Source: Squalus acanthias
Lineage: Eukaryota
NCBI GenBank assembly: GCA_030390025.1
Contig: CM059432.1
Span: forward strand, 17,920,001 to 17,984,000
DNA length: 64,000 nucleotides
Direction of reading: 5' to 3'
Below the pieces are notes generated by a model. The model ran no database searches. It was given only the letters and a program-made list of their open reading frames with translations, and was not told where the DNA came from. The position numbers and the translations under genes were made by a program. Of the stretch, positions 23,633 to 36,205 are shown piece by piece; position 1 is the first letter of the stretch; every line of letters begins with the position of its first letter.

Positions 23633-24445
23633 CTTGGACAACGTGGACCACTTTCCATACCTCGGGAGCCTACTGTCAACAAGGGCAGACGTCGATGACG
23701 AAGTCCAACACCGCCTTCAGTGTGCCAGTGCAGCCTTCGGTCACCTGAGGAAGAGAGTGTTTGAAGACCAGGACCTCAAACCCAGCACCAAGCTCATGGT
23801 CTACAGAGCAGTAGTGATACCCGCCCTCCTGTATGCTTCAGAGACATGGACCATGTACAGCAGGCACCTCAAAGCACTGGAGAGGTACCACCAATGCTGC
23901 CTCCGCAAGATCCTGCAAATCCATTGGCAGGATAGGCGCACCAATGTCAGTGTTCTCGCTCAGGCCAGCATCGAAGCTTTGACTTCACTCGATCAGCTCC
24001 GATGGACGGGACACATCGTCTGCATGCCCGATATGAGACTCCCAAAACAAGCGCTCTACTCGGAGCCCCAACACAGCAAGAGAGCCCCAGGTGGGCAGAG
24101 GAAACGCTTCAAGGACACCCTCAAAGCCTCCTTGAAAAGTGCAACATCCCCACCGACACCTGGGAATCCCTGGCCCAAGACCACACAAAGTGGAGGAGAA
24201 GCATCCGGGAAGGCGCCGAACACCTCGAGTCTCTTCGCCAGGAGCAAGCGGAAGCCAAGCGCAAACAGCAGAAGGAGCGCACGTCAACCCAAGCACCCCA
24301 CCCACCCGCCCCTTCAACCACCGTCTGCCCCACCTGTGACAGAGACTGTAGGTCCCGCATTGGACTCATCAGTCACCTGAGAACTCATTTTTAGTGTGGA
24401 AGCAAGTCATCCTCGGTTCCGAGGGACTGCTGAAGAAGAAGAAGA
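23633..24445 (+). mobile_element. RTE-clade LINE 3' end with C2H2 finger and (GAA)n tail
   Basis: VDHFPYLGS, ASAAFGHLRKRVF, CPTCDRDCRSRIGLISHLRTH, tail gagggactgctgaagaagaagaaga. Confidence 0.93.
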
Positions 24446-24457
24446 GACAAACACAAT

Positions 24458-25625
24458 GGCCTGGAGTTTCCGTTCGATTGCGCTGGTTTTTTCGGCGCAA
24501 TTCACCCGATATCGGCGTAACCAGTGCAGAGGATCGCGGAATTTTAAGCACAAATTGCATTCAGCATAACTCGAGTTTCCACTACCTTTTGCGCTAGTTT
24601 TAAAAATATCGCGCTGGAAGCAGGCCCCGCCCACAAAACTGGCCACGACCCCAGGGTGAATTCACCACCATTGGCAGTTTCTGCTAATTGCGCTCGTTTG
24701 CCGGCCTTCGAGGAGGCTCCAAAAATTAAACTGGATCTTTTGGGTGCAAGAACACCAATAGGAACATTTTCAAAGGTTTTGAATGTCATTTTTTTAAATT
24801 AATTGAGGGAGGAACTGACAACTGCCCCCCCAATATACAGGAAACTTTCGTTTATCCGGCACCCAAATATCCGGAATTCTCGCTTAACCGGCAAAAATCA
24901 TCCTCCGAAAACTCCTCTCAAATAACCGGCAATGTTGCCGAGTCGCAGTTGAGTCTCCGCGAACGCCGAGTGCTCCGAAAACTCCTCTCAAATAACCGGC
25001 AATGTTGCCGATCCCGAGTCCGAGTCCGAGTCCGCGAACGCCGATTTAGTCAGTAGGGGTACTTTTCAAAAGTGCCACTACTCGGCCTCCTGGCGCTGTC
25101 GGAAGTCCGAAACACTACAGTAGCAGGAGTTGATTCTCCCGCGCTGCCTGGAGTCTCTTTGTTAAAAATAGCCTCGGTAGATATAACTCTCCGTTATCCG
25201 GTACTTTCGATAAACCGGCACCACGCCGGTCCCGTCGATGCCGGATAAACGAAAGTTTCCTGTAACTGGAAAATAGCTTTGTATGTTTTTTAAAAGTCAT
25301 TTAAAATTGGGTAGGTGGATTGACAATGTGATTTAAAATGCTTATTTTTATGATAAACCCATTTTCAGCGGTATTAATCCAAACTTTACCAAGCTACCAC
25401 TCTTAAAGGAATATTTTTTTAAAGCCAAATTTTTTATAAAGGATTACGTTTTAAAACACTGCCGGGTTGCGCTGGTTCATGGCAGATTTTACGTTCGGTG
25501 ATATGCAAATGAGTTTGAGTGGAAACTCGGGGGGGGGGGAAAAAAGCACTTTTCAAAACGGGCGCAATTATGGGCGTAATTTGCGCTGAAATCGCCAATT
25601 GCGCCCAAAACGAAAACTCTACCCC
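24458..25625. mobile_element. Harbinger-type MITE containing a nested Tigger-like MITE
   Basis: TIRs GGCCTGGAGTTTC / GAAAACTCTACCCC; TSD AAT/AAT. Confidence 0.75.
24838..25262. mobile_element. Young Tigger/pogo-like MITE (425 bp)
   Basis: Perfect 24-bp TIRs CAGGAAACTTTCGTTTATCCGGCA; TA TSD; internal ~70-bp tandem duplication. Confidence 0.92.
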
Positions 25626-25795
25626 AATGTCTTTACTTAGATGCCTGAAAAATCACTTCCCTGATGTCATCCTGTGTATTGCTTCATTTGCAGCAGATTT
25701 GGTTGTTTCCTTGTATTTAGTATCACCCGATTACTGTAAGGATACATCACTTCACTATTAATAGTAGCTTGGTGGCCTTGTGAGCTATAGAGCTG

Positions 25796-25965
25796 TGAAT
25801 GTGACGGCAATATCTGGCACCATCGCTTCGAAAGAGCGCTATTGTCTGCTTCATCGTGAAACCGAGTTTTGCAGAGGGGAGGAAGGGCTAACGTGGGGAG
25901 GGGGAGTGTGAAATGAGGTGCTGAGCAATGCAACATGTGGTTACATTTCCAAGTATTAGCACAAA
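25796..25965 (+). repeat. ~170-200-bp direct repeat, copy 1 (copy 2 at 30519-30725)
   Basis: 45-bp core aatatctggcaccatcgctt[c/a]gaaagagcgctattgtctgcttca differs at one base between copies; flanks also align. Confidence 0.9.
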
Positions 25966-26439
25966 CTCTATTGTGCACAAGCTGCATTTTTGAGCTATAT
26001 TGCTACTGTAAATACTGAGTACCGACAGTGGGTCCCACAGTGAATGGCCAACAAAATGAAGCCTCCGCGTGGACAATAGTATCCGACATGTCAGAAACTG
26101 TAAAACGTACCATGAATTACATAATAAGTGTACTTTAAACAGTTTGCATGATATGAACACTTGTGTCAAATTGTTCGGATACGTGGGGCTGAAATTTCTT
26201 GATGTAAAACAGGAGACCACCTGTTTTTTGTCGAACCAATCATGGGAATGTGCAGTTTCAAAACGTAACTTTTCTGAGATTGAACCTTGCCAGGGGGTTT
26301 TGAAATACAGAGAAAAATAAGTAACCTCTCATTTCTTTACTAAAAGAGCAATTTAGCCCTAAATTTATTGTGAAAACTTTGTTGGTATCCCATGTTGGGC
26401 TAGTGGGTAATCAACAACAATAACTTTCATTCATGTAGA

Positions 26440-27070
26440 AGAAAGATAGAAAGACTTGCATTTATATAGCGCCTTTCATGACCTCAGGACGTCCCAAAGC
26501 GCTTTACAGCCAATTAAATATTTTTGAAGTGTAGAAACTGTTGTAATGTAGGAAACGCGGCAGCCAATTTGCGCACAGCAAGCTCCCACAAGCAGCAATG
26601 AGATAATGACCAGATAATCTGTTTTTAAGTGTTGGTTGTGGGATAAATAGTGGCCAGGACACCGGATGAACTCCCCTGCTCTTCTTCAAAAAGTGGTCGA
26701 GAACCAGAGGACACAGATTTAAAGTGATTGGCAAAAGAACCAAAGGCGACATGAGGAAAAAAAATGTTACGCAGCGAGTGGTTACAATCTGGAATGCACT
26801 GCCTGAAAGGGTGGTGGAGGCAGACTCAATCGTGGCTTTCAAAAGGGAATTGGATAAGTACCTGAAGGAAAAAGATTTGCAGGACTACAGGGAAAGGGCG
26901 GGGGAGTGGGACTAGCTGAAGTGCTCTTGCAGAGAGCGGGCACGGGCTCGACGGGCCGAATGGCCTCCTTCTGTGCTGTAACCATTCTATGGTTCTATGA
27001 TTCTAGTGCCACAGAATCTTTTACGTCCACCTGAGAGGGCAAATGGAGCCTCAGTTTAATGTCCTCATCA
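26440..27070 (-). mobile_element. Deu-SINE split by a CR1 fragment
   Basis: Tail at 26440; body to 26691 resumes at ~27005 (agtgccacagaatcttttacgtccacctgagaggg). Confidence 0.85.
26692..27004 (+). mobile_element. CR1 3' fragment
   Basis: TQRVVTIWNALPERVVEA; tail tgctgtaaccattctatggttctatgattct with no Harbinger. Confidence 0.9.
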
Positions 27071-27159
27071 CATGGCAAAACAACCCAAGGTGCTTCACAG
27101 ACAAAAAATGGACATCAAACCAAAGTCTATTACTATTGGGAGGGGCGACTAAAAGCTTA

Positions 27160-27695
27160 CAAACATATGAAATTGGCGAGCAGAGAAAGACCAGCTGGTC
27201 CATCAAGCCTGCCCTACACCTTGTGATAACTAGACACTTTTCCCACTTCCCGACACCCTCCCCCACCTTCCCCACAGCCAATTCATCTCCTGGGAGAGGC
27301 AGAAAAACAGAGACAAAACCCAGGGCCAATAAGGGGAAAAAAAGTCCTCTGGAAAATTCCTCTTTACCCCCCCTCAGGTAATCAAATCCAGTCCGGGAGA
27401 TCACACGGTCCAAGTGTCATCTAGAAAGACACTTACCTTCTTCTATATGATGCAACCTTTACCCCAGTCAAGAAGCAGTCCAGCTCCCTCTTGAAGGTGT
27501 ACAGAGAGTCAGCACCCACCGCACCAGTTGCACTATATTCCAGACGCTCACTGCTCTCTGGGAAAAGAAAAAATGCCTAACATCCAGTCTATTCCTACTC
27601 TTGCATAGTTTAAACTCGTGTCCCCTGGTCCTCCTCAACCTGTTAAACTGGAATACTCTCTCAACAGGCGCGCTATCCAGCCCTTTAATTATTTA
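27160..27695 (-). mobile_element. Older CR1 3' end (distinct subfamily)
   Basis: Reverse complement has ggaccaggggacacgagtttaaacta and the terminal hairpin ggcaggcttgatggaccagctggtcttt. Confidence 0.65.
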
Positions 27696-27857
27696 TTGTA
27701 GTGGTATGTTGCGCCAACAGCAATCCAGAGATTTTAAATAATTACCACTATTTTAACCCCATGAGCAGCAATTACTGTATCTCCTGTGTGTTATTTTTTT
27801 TAGAAATTCTAACTTGGGTAAGATCACCAGAGTTACGGATTTACATAAGTAGGTAAT

Positions 27858-28622
27858 GGCCCAGAAATTCGCCTCTCCGGCTTGCCGCGGGGGTAAGGAT
27901 CGCGCGCGCGCGCTCTTACCTACCGCGCCTGCCGTTGTGTTTTGGGCCCACGGGAACTTCGGGTCCTGGGCCTCTCCCAAGTGCCGGCGCGCAGTGCTTG
28001 CGTGTTCCAGGGGCGCAGTTAGTGCGATGCGTCCCCTGGGATCACGTGGGCCATGGAGAGCCAATGGCAGCAGACCATCTTTCATTCATAGATTTGACAG
28101 GAGACCTGTCAAATCTGTGAATTGAAATCGGCCCCAAAAGAACAGCTAAACTTAAAATAATTTTTAAAAAAAACCATCACATTTATAAAATAACTATAAG
28201 TTAAATAAATTAACCACTTTAAACAAAAATTTAAATTTTTGAAAAAATTAAAATACTTTTTAAGTGATAAAAATAAACTTACCTTTCTTTAAAGTATCTA
28301 AAAAAGATAAACCTGTTGAAAAATTTTTAAATTATACTTAATTAACCACTTACCTTGTTCAAAACGGGTCTTACGCCTCCTTTTCATTAGCGTAGTATCT
28401 TCAATACTTACCCTCACGTAGAAACCGGAAAAAAAATCTAAGTTTGCTGCGTGCGCGCAGCCTCTACCGCGCAAGCGGTCACCTAGGAACCGCCCCCTTC
28501 ACCATACTGGAAGTTCCGGTTTCCCGCGCATGCGCAGTGCATGCAGGAAACTGGCACTTCGGGAAGCAATACGGGTGAGTACAGAGCGCGTACTCACCCG
28601 GGAAGGGCCGAATATTTGGGCC
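27858..28622 (+). mobile_element. Harbinger-type MITE (765 bp)
   Basis: TIRs GGCCCAGAAATTCG / CGAATATTTGGGCC; TSD AAT/AAT; GC-rich ends and AT-rich core; sister copy at 47117-47859. Confidence 0.88.
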
Positions 28623-29779
28623 AATATCTAACTGAGCTGAAGCCACTCAGTTTTCCTACTTAACATCAATCCCTGCACTTCAGAATAATTAATTTTACCC
28701 GAGATTTTTATGAGAAATAATAAGCTACTATCTCAAAGTCAAATCTTTCTATTACGGTTAGTCTAAAGAAAGGGGAAAATCTAGTCCAGCATTTTGAAAT
28801 ATTTGGCACCAAGTTGTCATCTTTTTTGAGTTCACCAGGGCAAGACGTTTATGTGGTGGTCTTGCATCGACTGAGCACTGGAATGAGTCTCCCATCTGTC
28901 GTCATCAGGAAGCGAGGGGACGTCATCAGCACGGGCCTGGGTGTGAGCCGGATCCCAAACTGGCCTCGCAGGGTTAATTGGAGTTCAGTCACAAACACAA
29001 AGAGTTTGGCAGTTGCTTACTTTTAAGTCTGTTTCCTGGTCCCTGGATGATATTTTCCAGTCAGCATCCTTCCTGCCTTCAAGGACAAAGTTCAGATGAG
29101 TTCAGTAGGAAGAAGCCTGTTTCCATGTTTTTTTGTGTCTGTGTTCTGCTTTCCACTTATACATCACAGCAGAGTGGGGCAGTGATATTCATTCATCTAA
29201 TCAGGGCAGGATTTCTGTTTCAAGGATAAAAGCAGCGTTTGGACTCCATCTGTTTACTTTACCAGAGGGATGGCAGAGTGTTTTATTTTGATCTGCTGAT
29301 ACGTTTCCCTTTGGAACCAGGTGACTTGCCACGGGATGTTCCTGTTGAAATTTACACCTCTTGGCTTGCTGTCTTTTTCCATCCAGGTCTTGCTACCTCC
29401 TGTTCCTGTACAGTCCCGTTAAGTTTTTAAAGGGACACTCTCATTACGTAGTTATGTAAGATTTTAGCCTCGAGTAGACAGGTATCTTTTGTTACCTCCC
29501 CTACCCATCTCCGAAAAGTAAACATAGGAAGTGTTCACCCCCAGAAGGAGGAATAAGGACTGCTTTGATGGTGCGATTTGGCCGTCTCCTGAATGGTCAC
29601 CCTACACATGGTCCCAGTGAGTGAACAGTAATACAAAGGATGTGAGCTGGCCTCCCAAAACGCGATAGGATGGACAAACAGCCGACTGAACTACGAGTAC
29701 CAGCCTACTTTTCTCTCTGCTTTACCCCTGTCCATTCTGGTTGTACCAGCGGCTTTTATTTGAGCTCTGAAGAGACAGC

Positions 29780-29855
29780 AGCAACAACAACAACAACTTG
29801 CATTTATATAACGCCTTTAACGTAGTAAAAGGTGCTTCACAGGAGTGTCATCAGA
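29780..29855 (-). mobile_element. L2 LINE 3' tail fragment
   Basis: (caa)n-cttgcatttatataacgcctttaacgtagtaaaa, matching the tail at 56243. Confidence 0.7.
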
Positions 29856-30518
29856 CAATGAGTATGTGACAGGCCCACTGACAATAAATTGTTGTTTGAG
29901 TTGAACTAAATACAGAGTACTTTAAATGCCAAACATGAGCTCCTATTAATGTCAGCCCTGATAATTGAGCAGTCAGACTTGGCGAGGGAGACAAGAACAG
30001 ATGGGAAATTTCTACTAGCACCATTAGGATGTGGTGCCACCATTGGTGACACAGTGTAAATGGGAGAGCTACTATACTGAGTCTGCATGGCCCCAGCTAT
30101 TGCTGTATGACTGCCTTGCGTATTGCAAGAGTTTATTTGATTCAGATGTTACTCTTTTCTGCTGTGATTCCTTGGGGAGTACTCGGCTTTTGTTATACTG
30201 CCTGGCACACCACTCTTTCTTTTTCCGTTGATTTGATGAGTTTTCTCCTTAATTTTCCCTTCCGCTATAAATAAATGAAGACATTTATACTGACTCCTCA
30301 TAAAAGAGCTGTTCCAAATTGTTACAGTCGGTATTTACGTCATACTGCCAGGCAATGATGTACTTGGCACGCCACCAGGCATCAGTGCAGCCTGCATCTG
30401 ACCAAACATCGCCATTATCTGTCAAAGCCTCTGTGAACTATATCGCTGCGTTAAACCTTTTCAAAAACTCTGGCATGTGATGGAAAATCTGCTGATATGT
30501 TCTGCTGAGAGGGAGTCC

Positions 30519-30725
30519 GTGAATGGGTTTGCATGTGATGGGAATATCTGGCACCATCGCTTAGAAAGAGCGCTATTGTCTGCTTCAACGTGAAACAGGG
30601 TTTTGCAGAGGTGACTATTTTATTGGGGGTGGGTGGGGGGGAAGGGCTAATGCGGGGAGGGGAATGTGGAATGAGTCACTGAGCAGGGCAACATGTGATT
30701 ACATTTCCGAGTGTTGCCAGCAAGT
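30519..30725 (+). repeat. ~170-200-bp direct repeat, copy 2
   Basis: Aligns to 25796-25965. Confidence 0.9.
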
Positions 30726-33134
30726 TTTTGATTGTAAAGTGAAATTTGATTATACGTTGAGGAATAAAAATTTAAACTTGAAAAGTAGCGACCCGATTTT
30801 TCTTCAGTCCTCTCCTCTCTTCCCCGGTGGGCTGCAGCGTCACGCCGGCTCATTGACAATGAGCTCTGAGACCCAATATCACGGCGGGGGGGCCTCAGAC
30901 CTCACCATTTCTGGCATAGGGTATTTACCCTGTGTCCACCGGGTGCCCTGAAATGTGAGCTCCAGAATTTCTAGTTCCTGATAGCCAGAATGATCCTTGT
31001 TGCTTGCCTCAGTGGAAGTGTGAATTTGAAGTTTAAAAAAAACCGTGCAGACTGCACTGTGCAGGTAACAAAGTGACACACAACAAGATTTCCTTTGTGC
31101 AGTGGGTGTAGTGAATTTGTGAATACATTTGTAAAGAACTCACTTAGCACACAGAGGAAACGTTACCCCACAATGTTACTGTCATAGTGGCAATGGGATT
31201 TTTACATGAGGGTTGTTTAGTTTTTTTGGCTTTGTGTTGTGTTTTTATGTATAAAATAATCATTTGCAGAAAGTTCTTGTGGCACTGGGGAAGCCTGGAG
31301 GCACTACCCAGAACAGTTTCTCTTACTCTCCTCAGCTCAGTAACTGGGATTTCTCAGGGAGTAGGAAACAAACCAAAGGTTAATTATTAATGTTAGACAA
31401 CCTGATGAGCTTGGAATTCAACCCAAACATGTGCTCCAGCCTGCAAGTCGATGCGGGTGGCCGGAGAAGATTGATCGAGCTTCCTTTTGGCTGCAGTATT
31501 ATCTCCTCCTTCCTACAGCTTACAAATTGTACTGCTGTCATATGTGTGTGCGTATGTGTGCGCACGTGTGTGTGGCGGAGAGAGGGAGGGAAGTGGAAGA
31601 CCAGCTACACTTAGTTCTGTAATACATTAGGTTTTGGACTCTGGCCATCCTTCCATGTCTATAGGGATTCTTGTGTCTTCTGGGGAAAGTGTGTCCGTGT
31701 TGACAAAGACTGGTGGAAATGTAGCATCAGTAAAGTCTGGAGCTCCTGTTGTTCTCTATCGGACTTGTGAACACTTGCCCCCTATTTCCAGAATCTAGAA
31801 TAGTGCCTTGAAACGCGTGCTTCATCGAAACAGTATCGCAAGCTGATCGTGTGTTTGCAACACACTGAAAGACTGTGATTATTTCCTACTTATAAAAGAT
31901 GCCCGTAATTTCACGGCCCTCAAAACTGCATTGCAGAATATTGAAGTCCACACTATTATGAAATTCCTTTAACCTCCATTTTGACTGAGGCATCAGTCTG
32001 CTTGAAATAAACAGGCCAATTCCTTCCTGAAAAGGAATTTCATACAGACATTTATATGCTCATGTCTCACAATCTACTTTTCAAGGGCAATGTTTCCAGA
32101 CATTTTAGGGGTCTTTGGTCTTGTCGGTGTCTGTATTGCAGGATTAAGGAGCTCAGCATGCAGGGTTAGCCTGGGATTGATTGGGAAGCACATGCAAATG
32201 CAAACCTTCTCAGTAGTTTGACAGTCAGTAGAGTCTGAGGAACTGGATGGTGCAGTGGGTTGGATCCTGGTCTCTCATCCCTGTGATCGGAGGTTCAAAT
32301 CCAGCCCACGCTGATGGAATGAAATTTGGAGAACGAGTGAGGGAGCGGGACTAAGTGGATAGCTCTTGTCAAGGAGCTGCCACAGGTAAGAAGGGTCGAT
32401 TGGCCTTCGGTGCTGTATCATTCTATGAGTGACTGGGATACCTGATGGAGCTGCCTTCTGACTGTCAAACCTCCCTTAAATGTTTCGGTCATGAGATTAC
32501 ATTTAACTAACTGATGGAATACTGTAACATTTTCAGTCAGTATCTTTCCACAGCCATCAAGTCCAATGGCTTTTCAGGCATAACTCTTAAATTCGTAGAA
32601 GGCACCAAACCTGAGGTTAAAAAAAAAAATTTCTACCTGATGGTCTTTCTTTATACGACATAAATAATTGCTAAAAATATTTGCTTCTCCTCCGATATTG
32701 AATCTTCCATCCTTTGCTGGTGGGTCAAAGGGCTGTTTGTTGCCATGCGTGCAGGTAATACAATCAACTGTGAACTCAGGCACTGTCGGCCTAACTTTCA
32801 GCGTGAGTATCAATCCTGGAGGCATATGCCAGGAGATGGGACACTTTGCAACAATAAGGGATGCTGCCCTGAACAACAGCAACATTTGTAAACAGATAAA
32901 GAAGTTGAGAATACAAAGAAGATCCATCTGAACCTGTAAAAAAGGATAAAACAAGTTAATGTTTCAGGCGTAGACTCTGGTCTGAATGGGCTACACTTCA
33001 AAAAGGTGCAGTAGACATTTCTGAGTTCTGCTGCTGTTTTGTTTTTACTTCAAATTTCTAAAATTTGCAGCTTTTTCTTTTTATATATTATTTTGTAGAT
33101 TATATTTGTTTAGTGACCCATTATCAAAGAAAAA

Positions 33135-33241
33135 GATAGCAAGACTTGTATTTATATGACACCTTTCATGGCCTCAGGACGTCTCAAAGCGCTTTACAGC
33201 CAATGAAGTACTTTTGAGGTGACGTCACTGTTGTAATGTAG
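33135..33241 (-). mobile_element. Deu-SINE tail fragment
   Basis: gacttgtatttatat..caaagcgctttacagccaatgaagtacttttga. Confidence 0.75.
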
Positions 33242-33666
33242 CAATTACGTATTCCACTGCGTATTGCCTTTATTGGCTGCTAAAACCACACATTTTGCAT
33301 CAGTGGTAAAAGGTTTCAACTTTGCATTGACATAATGTGTACAGTATGATTCAGGAGTGAAGTCAGCAAAATCAAGTTCTGCCGATGGGGGTATTTTTAT
33401 TTATTCGCGGGATGTGGGCATTGCTGGCAAGGCCGGCATTTACAGCCCATCCCTAGTAGTCATTGAGAGGGCAGTGAGGTGATACCACTTCGAGGAGGTA
33501 ACCTCACAGTAGAACAGCAGGGGGGGAAACTAGCTGGTTAGAGGACCTAAGAACTTTTAAAACTTCATTTTGAAGAGTCAACGGTAACTGCCAGCTTTTT
33601 GCTGACAAAGAAAGGTAACTGCCGTTTGGATATCAGTGAGCTGATCTCTACATTTGTGCCACTTTG

Positions 33667-34140
33667 CATAGAAACATAGAAGATAGAAGCAGGAGTAGGC
33701 CATTCGGCCCCTCGAGCCTGCTCCGCCATTCAATGAGATCATGGCTGATCATCCAAACTCGGTACCCTGTCCCTGCTTTCTCCCCATATCCCTTGATCCC
33801 TTTAGCTTTAAGAAATATATCTAACTCATTCTTGAATATATTTAATGACTTGGACTCAACTACCTTCTGTGGTAGAGAATTCCACAGGTTCACCACTCTC
33901 TGGGTGAAGAAATTCTTCCTCATTTCTGTCCTAAATGGCTTACCCCTTATCCTTAGATTATGACCCCCGGTTCTGGACTCTCCGACCATCGGGAACATTC
34001 TTCCTGCATCTAGTTTGTCCAGACCTGTCAGAATTTTATATGTTTCGATGAGATCCCCTCTCATTCTTCTATACTCCAGCGAGTATAAGCCCAATCGACC
34101 CAATCTCTCCTCATATGTCATTCCTGCCATCCCAGGTATC
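33667..34140 (-). mobile_element. CR1 3' fragment
   Basis: ORF 33648-34130 carries CR1 C-terminal motifs; tail catagaaacataga. Confidence 0.93.
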
Positions 34141-34439
34141 AGCCTTGAGCAGGGGCAATGCAGAGCCAGGTCTGCCAGCTCTGAATAGGTCTCAATCTGG
34201 TGCCTTCAGTACAACAGCACCATCAGAATGCTATGTATCCAGTGATAACCTAGTGGTTCAAATATTTACCGTCATCTTTAATAAATTAAAAATAAATATA
34301 GATACTGCGAGATTGTAAAAGTAACTCACTGCTTCAAGCGCAAGCTGAACTGTCTGGAGGTGAATATTCAGTGTATTGTTAATGATGATGTGGAAATTGT
34401 AGAAAAATTAGTTTTATGACAAAGATTGTTAGATCATCG

Positions 34440-35089
34440 AGTCATAGAATGGTTGCAGCACAGAAGGAGGCCATTCGGCCCGTCGAGCCCATGCCGGCTC
34501 TCTGCAAGAGCACTTCAGCTAGTCCCACTCCCCTGCCCTTTCCCCGTAGCCCTGCAAATTTTTTTCCTTCTGGTACTTATCCAATTTCCTTTTGAAAGCC
34601 ATGATTGAATCTGCCTCCACCACCCTTTCAGGCAGTGCATTCTAGATCATAACCATTCGCTGCGTAAAAAAGTTTTCCCTCATGTCGCCTTTGGTTCTTT
34701 TGCCAATTATCTTAAATCTGTGTGCTCTGGTTCTTGACCCTTCCGCCAATGGGAACAGTTTCTCTCTATCTACTCTGTCCAGACCACTCATGATTTTGAA
34801 CCTCTCTATCAAATCTCCTCTCAACCTTCTCTGCTCCAGGGAGAATAACCCCAGCTTCTCCAATCTGTCCACGTAACTGAAGTCCCTCATACCTGGAACC
34901 AATCTTGTAAATCTTTTCTGCACCCTCTCTAAGACCTTCACATCCTTCCTAAAGTGCGGTGCCCAGAATTGGACACAATATTCCAGTTGAGGCCAAACCA
35001 GTGTTTTATACAGGTTCATCATAACTTCCTTGCTTTTGTACTCTATGCCTCTATTTATGAAGCCCAGGACCCCGTATGCTTTTCTAACC
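34440..35089 (-). mobile_element. CR1 3' fragment
   Basis: [26 protein letters not shown]1 3' UTR. Confidence 0.92.
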
Positions 35090-36205
35090 AGCGGCACCAA
35101 CTTCCACACCAACCTTCTCCGCAATCGCCTGATGCTGCACTGGACACAGGGCATCATCACCCGTGCACATTGCTGCCCGGGACGCCAGCGATGGACTCAC
35201 ATTGTCCAGATTTGCTTCACTTAACACCAGGCTGCCACATGATGCACCAGGTTGGCACCACCCCACGCCAGCACCATAAAGCATCCTTACCATGTCCGAG
35301 CCATTCCTTTCACACTCATCACCATGGGGTGAGGCGGGGGGACGTTATGTCTCACCATTCACTGGAACTCACTAAGACACTTTCAAAGGTGTACACAAAT
35401 CTGTCCAAGAAGGCAAAGTGGTGAAAATAAGGATTTCAATGCTCGACAACACATTAACAGAAACTTTACACAAACATTGGCTGAAACATACAGTGCCTAC
35501 CCTTGTGTGTTGTTAGTTGGTATGATTGGACTAGGATGAGGGTGAGTGTGAGGGGTGGTTAGTGAGATGTATTAACATAGATAGAGAGGGATGGGTGGAG
35601 GTGCAAGGTAAGTTGGTGTGAGTAAGGATGTGCAGGAGTAGGGTAGGGAAGGCAGAGTGATGGGGATGTGATGAGTGGCACAGCAGGATGAGGTTGAGTG
35701 TGGATTTGCAGTAACGTTTCGTGATTTACTGAGATCATTGATAGGTTTGCGCCACTGCAGCCTGGTCCTCCTGACGACATCCCTGCTTGTGTCCTCCTGT
35801 GCAATGTGCAACCAGGCTGCGTTGGTCTCCTGGGGAGGTCTCTTCCGCCCATTGGAAGGGAAGAGAACCTCCCTGCGTGCTGTGACTTCCTCCATAAGCA
35901 TATGGAAGGAGTCATGGGAGAGCCTGGGTGTAGCCGTGCACCTCTGTGCAATGATTGTCAGTGTTTGCTGCACCTCAATGCTGTCAAACACTGATAGAAC
36001 AACTGTCAAAATCAATGTGGACATGGCCCCTTTAAGTCATCAGACCCACTTCCTTTTAATTGGCCGGGTACCTCGCAGGGCGGGCTTAACAAGCCCAATC
36101 AGGGCAAAATCACTTGGAGGAGGCGGGATGAAGACGGGAGTGGAGTTTGAGGCCGCTGCCTACTCCGGCCGCACTGGACTCGCCACGGCTGGCGAAATCA
36201 CGGCC
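35090..36205 (-). mobile_element. Second (truncated) copy of the internally deleted Harbinger of 14899-16675
   Basis: Collinear with 14899-~16051 in reverse; left TIR GGCCGTGATTTCGC abuts a CR1 tail at the same base. Confidence 0.9.

Noticed and set aside
24900..25045. CRISPR-like repeat-spacer pattern
   Set aside because: Only a two-unit tandem duplication inside a MITE in vertebrate DNA; no cas genes
25796..25965. H/ACA snoRNA or miRNA call for the duplicated element
   Set aside because: ACATTT is present but there is no convincing two-hairpin/H-box layout or known mature miRNA; left as unexplained
28800..29440. Possible minus-strand exon(s) (donor-like AA|GTAAGC near 29020)
   Set aside because: No recognisable protein and the frames are closed by stops
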